Of a stretch of 64,000 nt of DNA, positions 15,251 to 29,092 are shown piece by piece (within the stretch, counting starts at the first letter, position 1; every line of letters begins with the position of its first letter). The stretch lies in assembly GCF_009914755.1 (NCBI RefSeq), contig NC_060929.1; one strand, 5' to 3'. This DNA comes from the human T2T-CHM13v2.0 reference genome, Homo sapiens. The notes under the pieces were generated by a model. It ran no database searches. It worked only from the letters and a program-made list of their open reading frames with translations, and had not been told where the DNA came from. Both the position numbers and the translations under genes were made by a program.

Positions 15251-17289
15251 ACAACAACAAAAAAACATTTTATAGAGTATCAGACAAAGGACTCCTACTC
15301 TATTTGCACTTTAATTTTTCATTTATATTCTACACCTAATATAATACAGTTATACATCATAAACTATAAACATTTATAATTTAAATATGTAAAAGTGATA
15401 ATATCTATATAGTTTTTGATTGCATATTACATTGTGACACAACTGCCATTTTTATTACAATTCCATTTCCTTTACGGATGTAGCAGTAATATGTTTAAAG
15501 TATGCTTCTGTCTTTCCTTTTATTAGTCATTATCAACAGGTCTTTATGATCTATAAATAAACTCAATTTCATCCTTCCTGAAGATCATCTGACCAAAGGT
15601 ATCACCTAATCATCCTTGTAAATAAAAAAGATGGCATCAACCCACAGTCTGGCCCCATACACCTGGTCGCCATTCAAGACCTTGTCTAAGGGCTTTGTGA
15701 TTACGTTTTGTTATTATTGTTACTTGTTAACATTTTACTAAACTATGAGGCTGGAACATATGGAATTATTTTTCACAGGCTTATTTATTTTCTACCTGTT
15801 TATTTATGATCACATGAAGTGATTTTTTACATTCACTGATGATCATTGGATGTGAGTTTGGTGGACATCATACCCACCCTTCCATCTCCTACTCGTTTCT
15901 AGGCATTTCAGATGATTTCTACATTTTAGAGCATCAGTGTACAACGTTCTTTCTAAAATTGTTTTTGTAGTCAGAAAGTCCAGCTTTCTTTCTAATCTAA
16001 CTTTATATAATCTTGCTGCTCTTTTTTTGGTAATCTGTTATGTGTTGAATGGGTGTGTTTTAATGCTCAAAACCTAATATTTGCAGCAAATAGAAAGATA
16101 ATGCCCCCTAAGTGAAATGGTGCATCAAATGGCACTAGTAGCCATTTGGAACTTCTTTCCATTTTGACTTATATAAAATAACTTGTAAGCAGAGCAACTT
16201 CACAGACATGTTCAACTAGGGTACTGTTGGGAACTAAAAGATGGGCATTTTCTTGCTATCTCCCAAGAAAAGGATAAGTTTAGCTTGACTGAATGGTGGT
16301 AATTCCATCTACCCACTCTTGCATTAAGTGATTAACCCACTGGAAGTCTGTGATCTGCTTTGAAGTCCCTAGCTTCAAAAGACTCCCCACATGAGGCCTA
16401 TTCATATAAACTTGAGTTCCTCTAAATAGTGAAAAAAAAAAATCTTCTGCGTTTTACTCTTAATTTTGTTTTTCAGTTGATGAAATGTCTTTGAGCATCA
16501 GTAGGATTTTGAGATTATCATAATTTGTTCTCAGATGCACTACTGGGAGGGTAAAGCTCAATGGTCCTGGCACGCAATGTTCTATTCCATGTAAATCAGG
16601 CAGGAAAGTGACTCTACATTACTCTTTGGGTTTTGTTGAAGCATTTACTCTGTCTTGCCATCAGGTCATTGTTTTATTCTAAAGAACAATAAATTGAGAT
16701 TGTGAGAGCATTTTAACATGCCAAAATAAACATTTATTCTTTGAATTTTTGAAGAGGAAATGCAAATTATTACATTTTATTGACTTTCTGGACCCTGGAG
16801 AGTGTACTCTATTTGGTAATTTGAGATTTCATTAAGTAACCGGGCATAGTCCTCAGTGGAGAAGGGCAAATAAAATACTTAGATTGAGTGGTCACTTTAA
16901 CAAAGTAAGTTTCTTCCTCTCCATTAACTTTTGTTGAAAATAATCCATTTCAAATGAGAATTGAAATTATCTTAGTCCTAAAACATCTCATAATTGGCTG
17001 CCATGCCAAAAAAAAAAAAGAAAAGAAAATTAACACAGTAAGATAAGGGAAAAAATGAGGCCTAAATACAAAAATTCAAGCCCAAAAGACAACACATATG
17101 TATTTAAGCTATTCATTACCATCTATATATATTATATGCTGAGCATTATAATAAACAGAACAAAATGGTGTGAAAGATTTAGATTTTACAGAATTCATAA
17201 GCTAAGGGCATGTTAAAATAATGACTTAGATATGTTGTGATTAGAAGTTTTCAAAGTCTGGCTAGAGTCCTAAAATATTTGGAAGGTAT

Positions 17290-17925
17290 ATTCATTCATT
17301 TATTCAGCAAATATTTATTGAGAAAGTACTACATTTTGACCGAGATGGCCTTAAGGTTCCTCTCCGTTTCACTCAACTTTAGACAGGTTTCCTCCTGACT
17401 ATAGATTCCTAAACATCTTTTTCCTGGAGCATGTACTTTAGGGAATTTGCAATTGTAAATTTTTTCTCTTTGATATATAAATCTTCTCCTAACTTCTTGC
17501 CAGTTTTACAACTGAGGAATGTCTTTCTCAAGGACCTGGAAGCCATCCCTTTGAAATGTAATTATCAGGAAAGAGCACTCTGTCTCTCAGTCTCTGTGGG
17601 ACTGGAGGAGCCTTACTTAAATAAATGCCAATTAGCAAATACGGATGGCTTAATCACACTGGTCAGTCTCCTCCCTAACATCTGCCAATATTTTTCCATT
17701 AGCTCACTTTGCTGCTTAAAGTCTCTCCCATCTTTGGTTTCAGGGTCTCAGCAGAGGTGAGTTCAGTCTCTCTTCCCTATTGTGATAGTCTTGATTAAAT
17801 TTTTCTTTACCTATTTAACTTGTCCAGTGGACTCTTTCTTTAACAATTCCAAATGCTGTTTTATTGGGGAATATATGACATGATTGGGATGGGTATTGTC
17901 CTTGCCCTCAAAGAGGTTAAAATGT
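17290..17925 (-). mobile_element. L2 3'-end relic, split by MER31
   Basis: ttcattcatttattcagcaaatatttattgag, resuming after the LTR with gtccttgccctcaaagag. Confidence 0.65.
17337..17845 (+). mobile_element. MER31-like ERV1 solo LTR
   Basis: TG...CA termini; aactttagacaggtttcctcctgactatag and gaatgtctttctcaaggacctggaagccatccctttgaaatgtaat motifs; 4-bp TSD attt/attc. Confidence 0.82.
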
Positions 17926-17992
17926 TGAGGTTATAAACATTTCTTGATTGTAAAGGCAACTTCAAATCTACATCATAGATCCATGTAATTCA

Positions 17993-18338
17993 TGTATTAG
18001 GCCATTCTCACATTGCTATAAAAAATACTTGAGACTGGGTAATTTATAAGAAAAGAGGTTTAATTTGCTTATAGCTCTGCAGGCTGTACAGGACATCTGC
18101 TTCTGAGGAGGCCACAGGAAGCTTCCAATCATGGCGGAAGGCAAAAGCACATCACATGGCAGAAGTGGGAAGAGGGGGAGGTGCCACACACTTTTAAACC
18201 ACCAGATCTTACCAGAGCTTACTATCACAAGGAAAGTACCATGAGGATGGTACTAAGCCATTCATGAGTAATCCACCCCCATCTTCCAATCACCTCCTAC
18301 CAGGTTCCACCTCCAATATTGGTAATTAAAATTCATAT
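17993..18338 (-). mobile_element. MSTA-like MaLR LTR, truncated
   Basis: tgtattaggccattctcacattgctataaa...; clearly homologous to 4034-4440. Confidence 0.85.
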
Positions 18339-19189
18339 CTAAAAACTTGGCCAATTGAGAGGTCCTCTAGACTGATGATGCTTATCTGAAAGCTTCTGGA
18401 TCAGAGCTCATCTCGATCTCTACCCAAAGTCATGCTTACATGCAGGCTGAATAATGGTGTGATTTGAAGGGCAGCAGCATGATAATTTTACTTAGAAATA
18501 TCTTTTCTGTCAGGGTTGCTAGATGTTTGAAATACCTTATGTAGACATACGTTACTTTGTATTGACAATTACCTTTTCTCTCACTTTCTTTTCAAATATG
18601 ATAAATAAACTGCTAACATCTCAGTATGAAGTAATACATCATATAGTCCTCCTCTGTGACATGAAGGAGGCAGAGTATCATAACTTTGGGAAGCTAATCT
18701 AGAGAGAAGCAGAGGGAATGAAGGAGAATGTTGAGAGTACAGTTCTTGGATAATTTTTGCAGAGTTAGTAAGTGTTGCCAGGGTGGGTTATATTAAATAA
18801 TTCACATAAAATGAATACTCATAGAAATCAAACACATAAACATTACTTGGGAAAATAGAGAATGATCATGGTTAAAAAAATGGCTGAGTGATTTGGGGTC
18901 AGAACTAAAGCTTCCAAAAGTGAATAACTAAATGTACTATTTATCTTGATTTTTTCCTTAGGTATATATAGTTCTTAATATCTATCAAGGGAAACATGTT
19001 TTGACACACCTAAAATAGCTACTAGGTATTTTCCTTTGTATTTCTCTCCTCGTTCTCACCCTCTGCCCAACTTCTTTTCCAAAGGTGAAATATTTTTAAA
19101 GTAATGTAACTGTGTGGTCTGAAAAAATTCCATCTGATGGAAAAATCAGCCTAAAAAGGGACTTTGCACGAGTTAGTATGTGGATCTGG

Positions 19190-19530
19190 CTTGCTCTGCT
19201 CATAGACCTACTTATGACTGCCTTCTTGTTCATGGCTTAATACACATCATCTCTTTTTGAAACCCTCTCTGACCACCAAAAATAAAGTAGGCCCCCCTCA
19301 CACCCTGCCACTATCACAGATAGATTCTGTCCCATGACTCTATTTTATATTTGTCATAGTGTTTATTACTACCTAGAATTATTATTTCTTTAATTTATTT
19401 ACTTATTTATTAACTGTTTTCTCCCATTAGGAAATAAGCTCCATGCAATAATGAATATTGTCTACATTGTTCAGTGTTATTTCTGCAGAGCCTAAATTAT
19501 GACTGATGCATGGTGCACTCTCTAATGAAG
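19190..19530 (+). mobile_element. L2 3' region relic
   Basis: ccctctctgaccacc; ttctcccattaggaaataagctccatg...ttgttcagtgttatttctgcagagccta. Confidence 0.65.
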
Positions 19531-21464
19531 AAAACTTCATATTACATTCATTTTTTTACCTAAATATATTAACTCCTCTCTTCCTCCTTTTGCCATGAAT
19601 TAATTTTACTGTTATTTACTTTCCATATATTATATTTACAACAAAAATTACTCTTCGTCCTTTTCCAATTAAATCCTTTAAATTCTAGTTGAGGAATGAA
19701 TGTTTGTTCGCAATTGCATTTATATTCTGTTTTGTATTTGTGTCCTAGATTATTGGGAAAATATATGAAAACTAGAATGTGTCTTATTATGAACAATTTA
19801 TTTCAAACACATGAAGGTTATATAAGGAAGAGGGCTTTATCAAAACTTAATTTGTAGGATGAAAGGAGTTGGCAAGTTCCATCACCAGCTCATATATGCA
19901 ATATACAAAGATTAGCCCCCATGAGAAGCCCTTCAAAGACATACTTTCTGGTTTTGTTTACTACAATCACAAGTATTCTCTTTGCTTTGTTCTGGAGGTT
20001 GCTTAATATATCATTTGGTTCTACATGTTTCTTTCTCCTAATTTTTTTTTTATACTGTCAGATTCTGCCATGTCCATTCAAATCTAAAATTGTCTGAAAC
20101 TATCTAAGTCACAACAAATCTGCTGTGTGAATAAAATCTTTATGGAGAGCTGTGAGGTTTCCAAGGCACATGCATAATAGAAATTCAATATCACTTCATT
20201 TGAGTTCAGGCAGAACTACCAATAGCTGCATTTCACAGAGACCCACAAATTGTGCTATGAAAAGAATGATTAGGACAGAATGCCAAGCCTGTGTATGGGG
20301 GCCTGGTAAATGTATTCCACGGTCAGTGTGTGGATCACCTCAGGGTGGTGCTGATAGGAGAGAGGGGTGCTCTCAAGTTCAAAATTGTATTCGGAGCATC
20401 TAATAGTAATCAATTTTGATTTTTAATAGCCCTTTCCTTTTAGTATAAAAACTAAATTCAAGTAGGAAAAATGGCAATCTGCACAAGCTGCTTTAAAATG
20501 GAGAATTTGGCATTAGGCTATTTAACTTTAGTGCCAACAAAGCAGTTAGCCAAAAAAAAAAAAAAAAAGCTATATTATAAGTACAAAATTTAATTTTTTT
20601 ATGCTTAAAGAGTTAATAAGAAGTAATTCTCTTTAGGACAAAAATTATAAAGAATTTCTATGTGTTCCTGAGTAAGAGAGGAAGAGAGAGAGGAGAATTC
20701 AAATTGAATTAGAGTAAATATTAGCAGGGAAAAAGTTAAAGATAATTAAAATTATTTTAGGGACTATTTTAGACCAGCATATGATTAACTTTACCTATGT
20801 AGATTCTAACCTCTAAGGATATGAATAATATAAAATTAAATATACTGAATTATGTTTCCATCAATATTTTTCATTTTGGGGCTAATTTTTTTCAACTAAC
20901 TTTTTACCTAATACCTATATTTAAACATACTTTCACATCAAAAACTCTAAATTTAATATTTTAGTATACAACTTATTTGTGAAAAAATAATTGTCTAATA
21001 ATACTCATTAGTTGGTTCATGCATTATTTTCTAAAGAGTTAACTGAACAACTAAAATATGCCCCATGCAATTTATAATTCTTAAAATAAAGGTCAAGAGT
21101 TAGGTCATTATTACAATTAATCTTAATTTAGCATGAAAATGTGTGTCTATGTAATGCTCTATTTTGATAGCTAGAGCATCTTTAGATGACTTAGGCACAA
21201 TTAATATTTCTTTATAACTTCTAAAAGAAAAATAACTCAATATATGGTCATAAATTAATAATCAGAATATCTGTTGGTGAAACATCCAAAATAAATTTTA
21301 TCTACTGATTATTTTGAAATAGCCACAATTTCTATGAGATTACATAAATTCAAGATGATTTTAGAAAGAAATAAATATACAATAGAGATGTTACTTTTTC
21401 ATTATTAAAACATGATTGAGTCAACAGAGTGTATACAGATACCTAGAAAAAACTATTTTTATTA

Positions 21465-21814
21465 TGTTTATCTGATCTCTCCTGATGTTCTCCCAAAATT
21501 CATATGTTGAAACCCTAACCCCCAAGGTGATAGTATTAAGAGGCCAGGCTTTTTGACAGGCTCTGACCTGATGAATAGCTTTAGTGCTCTTTTATAACAG
21601 GACCAAAGGAACTCATTTGCCCCTTCACCATGAGAGGTCGCAAGGAGAAGGCACCACCTATGGACGAGGAAATGGGCCCTCACTAGACACTGTATCTGCT
21701 GGCGCGTTGATCTTACGCTTCCCAGCCTCTAAAACTATAAGAAATAAATTTCTGTTGTGTATAAGTTACTCAGTATATGGTATTTTGTTATAGTAGCCTG
21801 AATGGACAAAGACT
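21465..21814 (+). mobile_element. MLT1A0-like MaLR solo LTR
   Basis: cccaaaattcatatgttgaaaccctaaccccc; ggaaatgggccctcactagacac; aagaaataaatttctgttg...agcctgaatggacaaagac. Confidence 0.85.
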
Positions 21815-22087
21815 GACTACACATGAAAACAAATCTGATCCTGAGTAGTACTGTTGAAATTCTGTTTTGATGCATTATCAAATATTTTTAAAATGTCAAC
21901 CATGAATGGAATATTTCGAGTACATATGAAATACATTGGCTTATAAAGCACAATACTTTATTCTAATTCAATACCTTTTATTTATTGACAAGTATTTCTG
22001 AACATCTGTAGAATAATCAGGATATGCTAAGACCCAAATAATAATGACAGCTGCTGTTTACTGAACACCTACAGTTTTCCAACCATT

Positions 22088-22340
22088 GAGAGGTAGTATT
22101 GTATGGCATTTAAGGCTGTTTACTTTTTAACCAGAAGCTCTATTCAAATCCTGCTTTAGTCCCTTACTAGTTGTGAGGCCTTGGGAAGGTGATTTGCACC
22201 TCAGTTACCTTTTCTATAAAACAGAGACAATAACAGTACCTACTTCATAATGTTCCTATGAGGAAAGATTATGTGAATTCATGAATTAAACCCCTTGGAC
22301 CAATATTTGGTACACAATAAGTACTTACAAAATTTTGATT
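22088..22340 (+). mobile_element. MIR SINE
   Basis: ttcaaatcctgct...cttactagttgtgaggccttggg...cctcagttacctttttctataaa core. Confidence 0.75.
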
Positions 22341-22384
22341 AGTATTACTTAATAGTTTTGTTATTTTATCATGGCTTTCCTTAA

Positions 22385-22530
22385 TAATTCTGGGGGAAAA
22401 GGTGTATTATGATTATTTTATAGATAAGAAAACTGAGCTTAAAGTGTTATATGCAAGTTTTCCCAATTCACATAGACAGTAATAGAGTTGTAAACTCCCA
22501 AGTTCATGCTCCTTCCACTCTATTGCTTTG
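22385..22530 (-). mobile_element. MIR fragment
   Basis: attttatagataagaaaactgagctt. Confidence 0.55.
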
Positions 22531-22690
22531 TCTTCAAAGGTACTGAAGACCCAAAATTATTTCTCAAATTACTGGAGAAATAATGTAAACAATAGCTGTA
22601 GCAATAAAAATAGATAATAGTTGTGAGTTTTTGGCAAGTATATTAAAACAATCCTCAAATCAACAACAACAATAATATTATCATTGGTTT

Positions 22691-23005
22691 TCTTTTTTTT
22701 TTTTTTTTTTTTTTGAGATGGAGTCTTGCTCTGTCACCCAGGATAGAGTGCACTGGCACAATCAGTGCACTGGCTGGCTCACTGCAGCCTCCACCTCCCA
22801 GGTTCAAGTGATTCTCATGCCTCAGCCTCCTGAGTAGCTGGGACTACAGGTGCATGCCACCACACCCAGCTAATTTTTGTATTTTTAGTAGAGATGGGAT
22901 TTCACCATGTTGGTCAGGCTGGTCTTGAACTCCTGACCCCAAGTGACTGGCCTGCCTCAGCCTCCCAAAGTGCTGGGATTACAGCGTGAGCCACTGCGCC
23001 TGGCT
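22691..23005 (-). mobile_element. AluS SINE inserted in a MIR
   Basis: Poly-T tail plus full Alu dimer; flanking atattatc duplicated (22675-22682 and 23007-23014). Confidence 0.92.
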
Positions 23006-23006
23006 G

Positions 23007-23100
23007 ATATTATCTCTATTTTATAGATGAGGAAACTGAGACATAGAGGAGATTCCTAACTTGCTCAAAGTCATACTGCTAGTAAGTGGCAGAAGTGCAA
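23007..23100 (-). mobile_element. MIR core fragment
   Basis: attttatagatgaggaaactgagac...aacttgctcaaagtcatactgctagtaagtggcaga. Confidence 0.8.
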
Positions 23101-23915
23101 ATGCTCCTTAAATATCTCTGTATGTCCCCAAGTGAAGCTCATATTTACTCAGAAATGGATGAATTTCTCAGGTCTCCACATACTTACCCAGCTCTGATGT
23201 GCTGTATTGCTGAACCACAGCTCCATGAGGCAACAGCAGCGCCTTCCTGTTCTTTGCATCCCTTACAAACCCTGCTGCTACCCCACATTACACTGCACAG
23301 CACAAGTCTATGCTTCCTCTGCTTTACTGAGGCACTCACAGCAGTCCTTTCCACTGTTGACTGCCTTGGACCCAAACTCAGAAGTGGCCTATGGTGGAAT
23401 TGGGAGGGCCTTCTTTGTATTTTTCTGATGGCACTGTTAAGGAGCCTGAGGGAGTGATCCGGTGTTCCCAAAGTGTTACAGGTTTCCAATTTTTATTTTA
23501 GTCTTCTTTTGTTGGTCATGCATCCAGGAACTCTACTGGCAATGGATCAATTATGAGTGACCATCTTGTACTGAATGCCTTCTTATCTGGCATGACTGGT
23601 GATATGATGTTGACTTAAATTTATCATGTCTGGTTCACTAAAACTTTTCTCCACCCATCCCCAGTTTGCCAGACATGTAGCAGACATATAGCAGAACATG
23701 CCAGACATATAGCAGAACCCCAGAATGGGCACACTTTAAATTATGTCCCAGGATTCTCCTGTGCATACTTGCAAATATAACTTTCCCAGTCTCTAAATAT
23801 ATATCTATGCATGCTTGGATCTTGGAAGTGGCCAACAGAGGGCAATGATTCAAGGTGAGGACTTCACCGCCCAAACATAAAGAAATTAATGATAATGTTA
23901 TTTTAGAGATCCTCA

Positions 23916-24322
<407 letters not shown>

Positions 24323-24539
24323 TGATATTAATACATAGCCAAATGTAATATGGAAACAAAAATACTATTAACATGTTTAATATATTTAGGAAAGTGGGTA
24401 CAGTCAGGTATTTTATGAAATGTAATGTTTATTTTTATTAAACAATTATGTATGTGCATAATCACCAAACAAATGAAATATATAAAAATCTATCTATCTG
24501 TAATATATATATTTGATAAATATATACAGTTTGGTATAA

Positions 24540-24597
24540 TGTGTGTATATATACCGTGTGTGTGTGTGTCTGTATATATATGTATATATATATATAA
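24540..24597. repeat. (TG)n/(TA)n compound microsatellite
   Basis: Directly visible. Confidence 0.75.
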
Positions 24598-24774
24598 AAG
24601 CATGAGTCATATTCAGATAAAAGGTGCAGATAAAACAAATAGGATATAAAACATCAAGGCTAACTTTTACATTGGGAATTCAAGCTTCCCAATTTGTATA
24701 TATGTATATACATATATATCAATTTCCATGTGTTTTTAAAAATTATTTCTCTCTTATGTTCATCTTGTTGGTGT

Positions 24775-25895
24775 CAATGTTTCTTTTGGTGGATCAAATT
24801 GATTTCATATGGTTGAGGTGGGGCTGACCCCAGCCCCTGCCCGCAGACTGGTGAAATTCTCAGACCTGTCTAGTGGATACATTATGTTACCCTGGGCACC
24901 ACTTTGATTAAGTCAGGACTGGGTATGTGACACAAACTATAACATGGGTATGTGACACAAACTATAACAGTCAGAACTCTAGAACTTTTGCCTAAGCTAC
25001 TTAGAGTACTAGTAAGTTCAATAAAGCCACTGTTGCCCATATTTGCCACCACATAATAAGTGATGAATATCTTGAAGACACTGAGTTCCAGAGTTCTTAT
25101 CTACCAGGGAACTTTTAATAGTAAATCAACACCTTGTCTTTTTGCCTAGTCCAATTGTGTTGCAGCTTTCTCAATCGTGTTGTTTGGTGACTGGGAGGGA
25201 GTGTTACAGCTCTTTCACTCCCACCAGTGGTAAGCTCCAGGTTCTTGTCCCACAACCAAGAAGAAAAATGTGCATGGACACCAGAGAGTAAGGCAGAGTC
25301 AGATTTATTAAGTGACAGAAAAGCTCTCAGCAAAGACAGGGGACCCTAAAGAGGTTTGCTAGCTATGAGGCTGAGTCCAAGGTTTTCATGGACTGGGAAG
25401 AGGGAGGAGTGTGCTGATTGGTCTTCAGGCTGTCATGGAGAAAGCACTACTCAGAAAGAGGTATGATAGTGCAAAGAACCAATTGGAGGCAGAGGTGAAG
25501 GCTTAACCTGGGACCTTGGCCCAGGACCAATCAGGGGCTGAAGCGATGATTGACCCTGTGTAAATGAAAACTCGGACTGTGGCCAATCACAAAAAGGTAG
25601 ACATACGTAAAATACGTGAAAAGTAAAATACTAAGGCACACCAAGGAGATAGAACTGTGTCCAAAAAGGAGTGGAATTTGTTCATCTGGGTTCACAGAGT
25701 AGGTGTTTCCATTCAAGGACAAGGGCTTTTCCTTATCTGGGGCCTGCAGTTTGATTTTCAGGCTGTTTTTGGTTTGAAGGAGTTTTGCTAAGGACTCCCC
25801 TAACTGCCTGCCTGGCTGGTTTCTTCCTTCCTTCTCTCTCAATTGAATTGAATAATTTTTAAATCTCGTCTTAGTCAGAAAAGTCCTAAGAGGAT
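24775..25895 (+). mobile_element. Old MLT1L/K-like LTR, interrupted near its 3' end by an LTR9-like element
   Basis: ggtggggctgaccccagcccc; tgggtatgtgacacaa; tttgcctagtccaattg | ...gaaaagtcctaag. Confidence 0.55.
25158..25841 (-). mobile_element. ERV1 solo LTR, LTR9-like
   Basis: - strand starts tgagagagaaggaaggaagaaaccagccaggcaggcagttagg and ends gagctgtaaca...aaagctgcaaca; AATAAA near 25305; 4-bp TSD attg at 25154-25157 and 25842-25845. Confidence 0.8.
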
Positions 25896-27059
25896 GGAAT
25901 AGTTTGGAAAATTAAAATAAATTTAAGTCATGCACACTTAAAGAAAAAGCTGGCATTCTCAATTTAAAAGTTAGACTTGATGTTTTATCTTAAAATATTT
26001 TTAATCTGTAGCTTTTGACTTAATGTTAATCATGCTGATAACTTTTTAATTACATTTAATAAAACTTTTTAATTACACTTAATTTAAAAGGAAACAAAAG
26101 CAAAAAATTTGATAACTTTTTAATTGTGTAATTATTTTGCCTTTCTTTTCTTTTTTAATCTGCCAAATCTTCTTCTCTTTTTTCATACAGGAAAATTAGG
26201 ATAACCTTCATGAATAACAAGGGCTATTTTATCCTTTCATTTTTTAAAAAAAATATTAGATTTTTAGCAAGCTATTCAGGGAAAATAAAGGCACTCTACC
26301 AAAATTTTTTTTCGTTATTTTCTCATTACTTTTGTTGTTGTTCATGTTGGACTGCTACTTACTTTTCTAATAAAGCATTATTTGCCAAAACTCTTGACAT
26401 TAAAGCAGCCAGTCTCAGGTTAGTCTTACCTCTTGAGACATACTTCATTGCTTACTACTTACACCTGGCTTTTGAAGACTCGGGAATTTAGAAATAGACT
26501 GAGCCATATTAAATAACCTACAATTATAACACGTAATGTTTGAGTACACAATTTGACACACAATTGTTTCAAAAGCTTCCTGATTGTGTTATTGTATTCT
26601 TGATTTCTATTGTGTCTTTTGAAAATGTTGTATTCAGAAATGTCTGATTTTGTCTCCTTTTCTTAAGACAGTAAACATTCATAAACATTCCAAGTCACCT
26701 GCTGAAAAAAGTCATTTTATGTTTTTCTTGTAAAATATTAATTGAAAGAGTTGAATACAAGTGTACTCCACTTTTAAAATGTTAAAATTACATAACAGTA
26801 ATTACATAATAAAAGTAACTTGTAATGTAGCTGTTTGACTTCCAAATAAAATTTCTTAAAGATTTATTGAAATGGCAAGTTTTTTGAAGGACAAAACATT
26901 TTATAATAATACTTTGCTTTATTTTTCTCTCTATAATAGTTTTATCTGGTCTTGCAAAAAATAGCAGCTCAAAAGGGAAATTTTGTTTTATTTAATTTTC
27001 AAACAGAATCTCATGTATGTTGACTGTGAGCCAGAAATTATTTTAAGCATTGTATTATT

Positions 27060-27470
27060 CCTTAAGGAACTCATAGAGTAGATGAGGATACAGATAAATA
27101 CATATCAGTTGCAATGTCCATGGTATTTCTGATATATGAAGAAAAAGAAATCTTAGTATCATCTCCCAAGAAACTCGTGATGTAGTATGGGGAAGAGCAT
27201 ATGCAAACAGTAAACTGTAACAAACAATGCTATAGGGTAAATTATAAACACTAATATATGGTGCTTGCAATACTATAGGAAACCAGAGAAAGAAGATATC
27301 ATTTTCAATTGAGGATTTCACAATTAGTAAAACTGGATATGCAGGTAGCAAATGGCAGAGTATTCAGAACTAGAGCAAATGTATATTAAAAGCCTCAGTG
27401 ATGTGGGAAACCTAGAAAAAATATTTAAGAGACAGTGTTTTTAGCTGACTGGAGAATGAAACAATTGGTA
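27060..27470 (-). mobile_element. L2 relic
   Basis: aaggaactcatagagtagatgagg...; gtattcagaactagagcaaatgtatattaaaagcctcag. Confidence 0.5.
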
Positions 27471-27495
27471 ATTCACATGGAAAGTTGGGGGTGTT

Positions 27496-28030
<535 letters not shown>

Positions 28031-28971
28031 CTACAGTTTATGTGATTCTCTGGCTAACTCAATATGAAAGAGAAATAGTAGAAATTATATTCCAAAGTCA
28101 TGTTCAATATTACCAAGTTTAGTGTGTTATAGAATGGCAGTTATAAAGCTATGGCTGGGGTTAACTTCACACTCTTTAAAATTTCCACAATTACCACTTA
28201 TACTTCTAGGTTTAGGTGGTCATCATCTAAACAGAAGCCATTTCTCTGAGTAGGAACCCATAGCATAGATAGGTCTAGGCAAAAGTGCTAGAATAAATGT
28301 GACATCATTTGGACAATAGAAAAAGATAGTTCACATATGAAGAATTATATAGTTTGTTTACATCACAATTTAAGGAATTATATTATCAAAAAATAAGTAA
28401 GAAGGATATTAGTGTTTCTTTGATAGTGGGAGTGTAATTATTATACCAATCTATAATTAAAAGTTAATGAACTATTAACAAATTATGAAATATTTATGTG
28501 GTTCTTAGAAGTCTGTCTCTGTAAAATATTTTTAGCCCTATTTTGCAATATTTATTTTTCTTTTATTGTATAACATGGTAATCATATACTTATTATTAAA
28601 GAGTTGTTTCATTTTAAAGCATGAAAGAGTTAAACCCTTAAAAACACTCTAGGTTGAATTTTCATAGTGATATTCTGATCGCAAAAGAGTACTTTCTAAC
28701 AAAACTTGAGAAATTCCTCTTGGGGTCTTTTTACACCCAAAGCAAAATTATTTTTCTCATTTGAATTTTTTTCCAATCTTTTTTTAACTCTTGAAAAACT
28801 TAGCTAATGACTTTAATTTAAAAATGGTGATTTCCTATTGGTTTTTAATGACAATGTCAGTTTTAGAATAGTTCCTGGTTTCTTGAAAGAAGACAAAGGT
28901 TAATGAATCCTGTAAGAGCCAAGTAAATGAGTTTTGCTAATTTTTTAACGAGAGAGTCTCTGAACTGTAGA

Positions 28972-29092
28972 ATATATGTATATATATATATATAAAACGT
29001 ATGTGTGTATATATAATATGCATATATATGTGCACACCCACTGTGTTTGTGTTGCGTGTGTGTTTTGTGTGTGTGTGTGTGTGTGCACGCAT
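28972..29092. repeat. (TA)n/(TG)n simple repeat
   Basis: Directly visible. Confidence 0.8.

Noticed and set aside
17431-17760. 109-aa ORF (also the 105-aa ORF at 59861-60178)
   Set aside because: Both lie wholly within solo LTRs and show no protein motifs.
26037-26125. aactttttaatt repeated three times
   Set aside because: Low-complexity AT-rich local duplication with no sign of function.
26140-26491. Strong + strand polypyrimidine/CAG acceptor at ~26190 followed by a 93-aa ORF
   Set aside because: No convincing donor, low-complexity AT-rich peptide, and such sites are common by chance.
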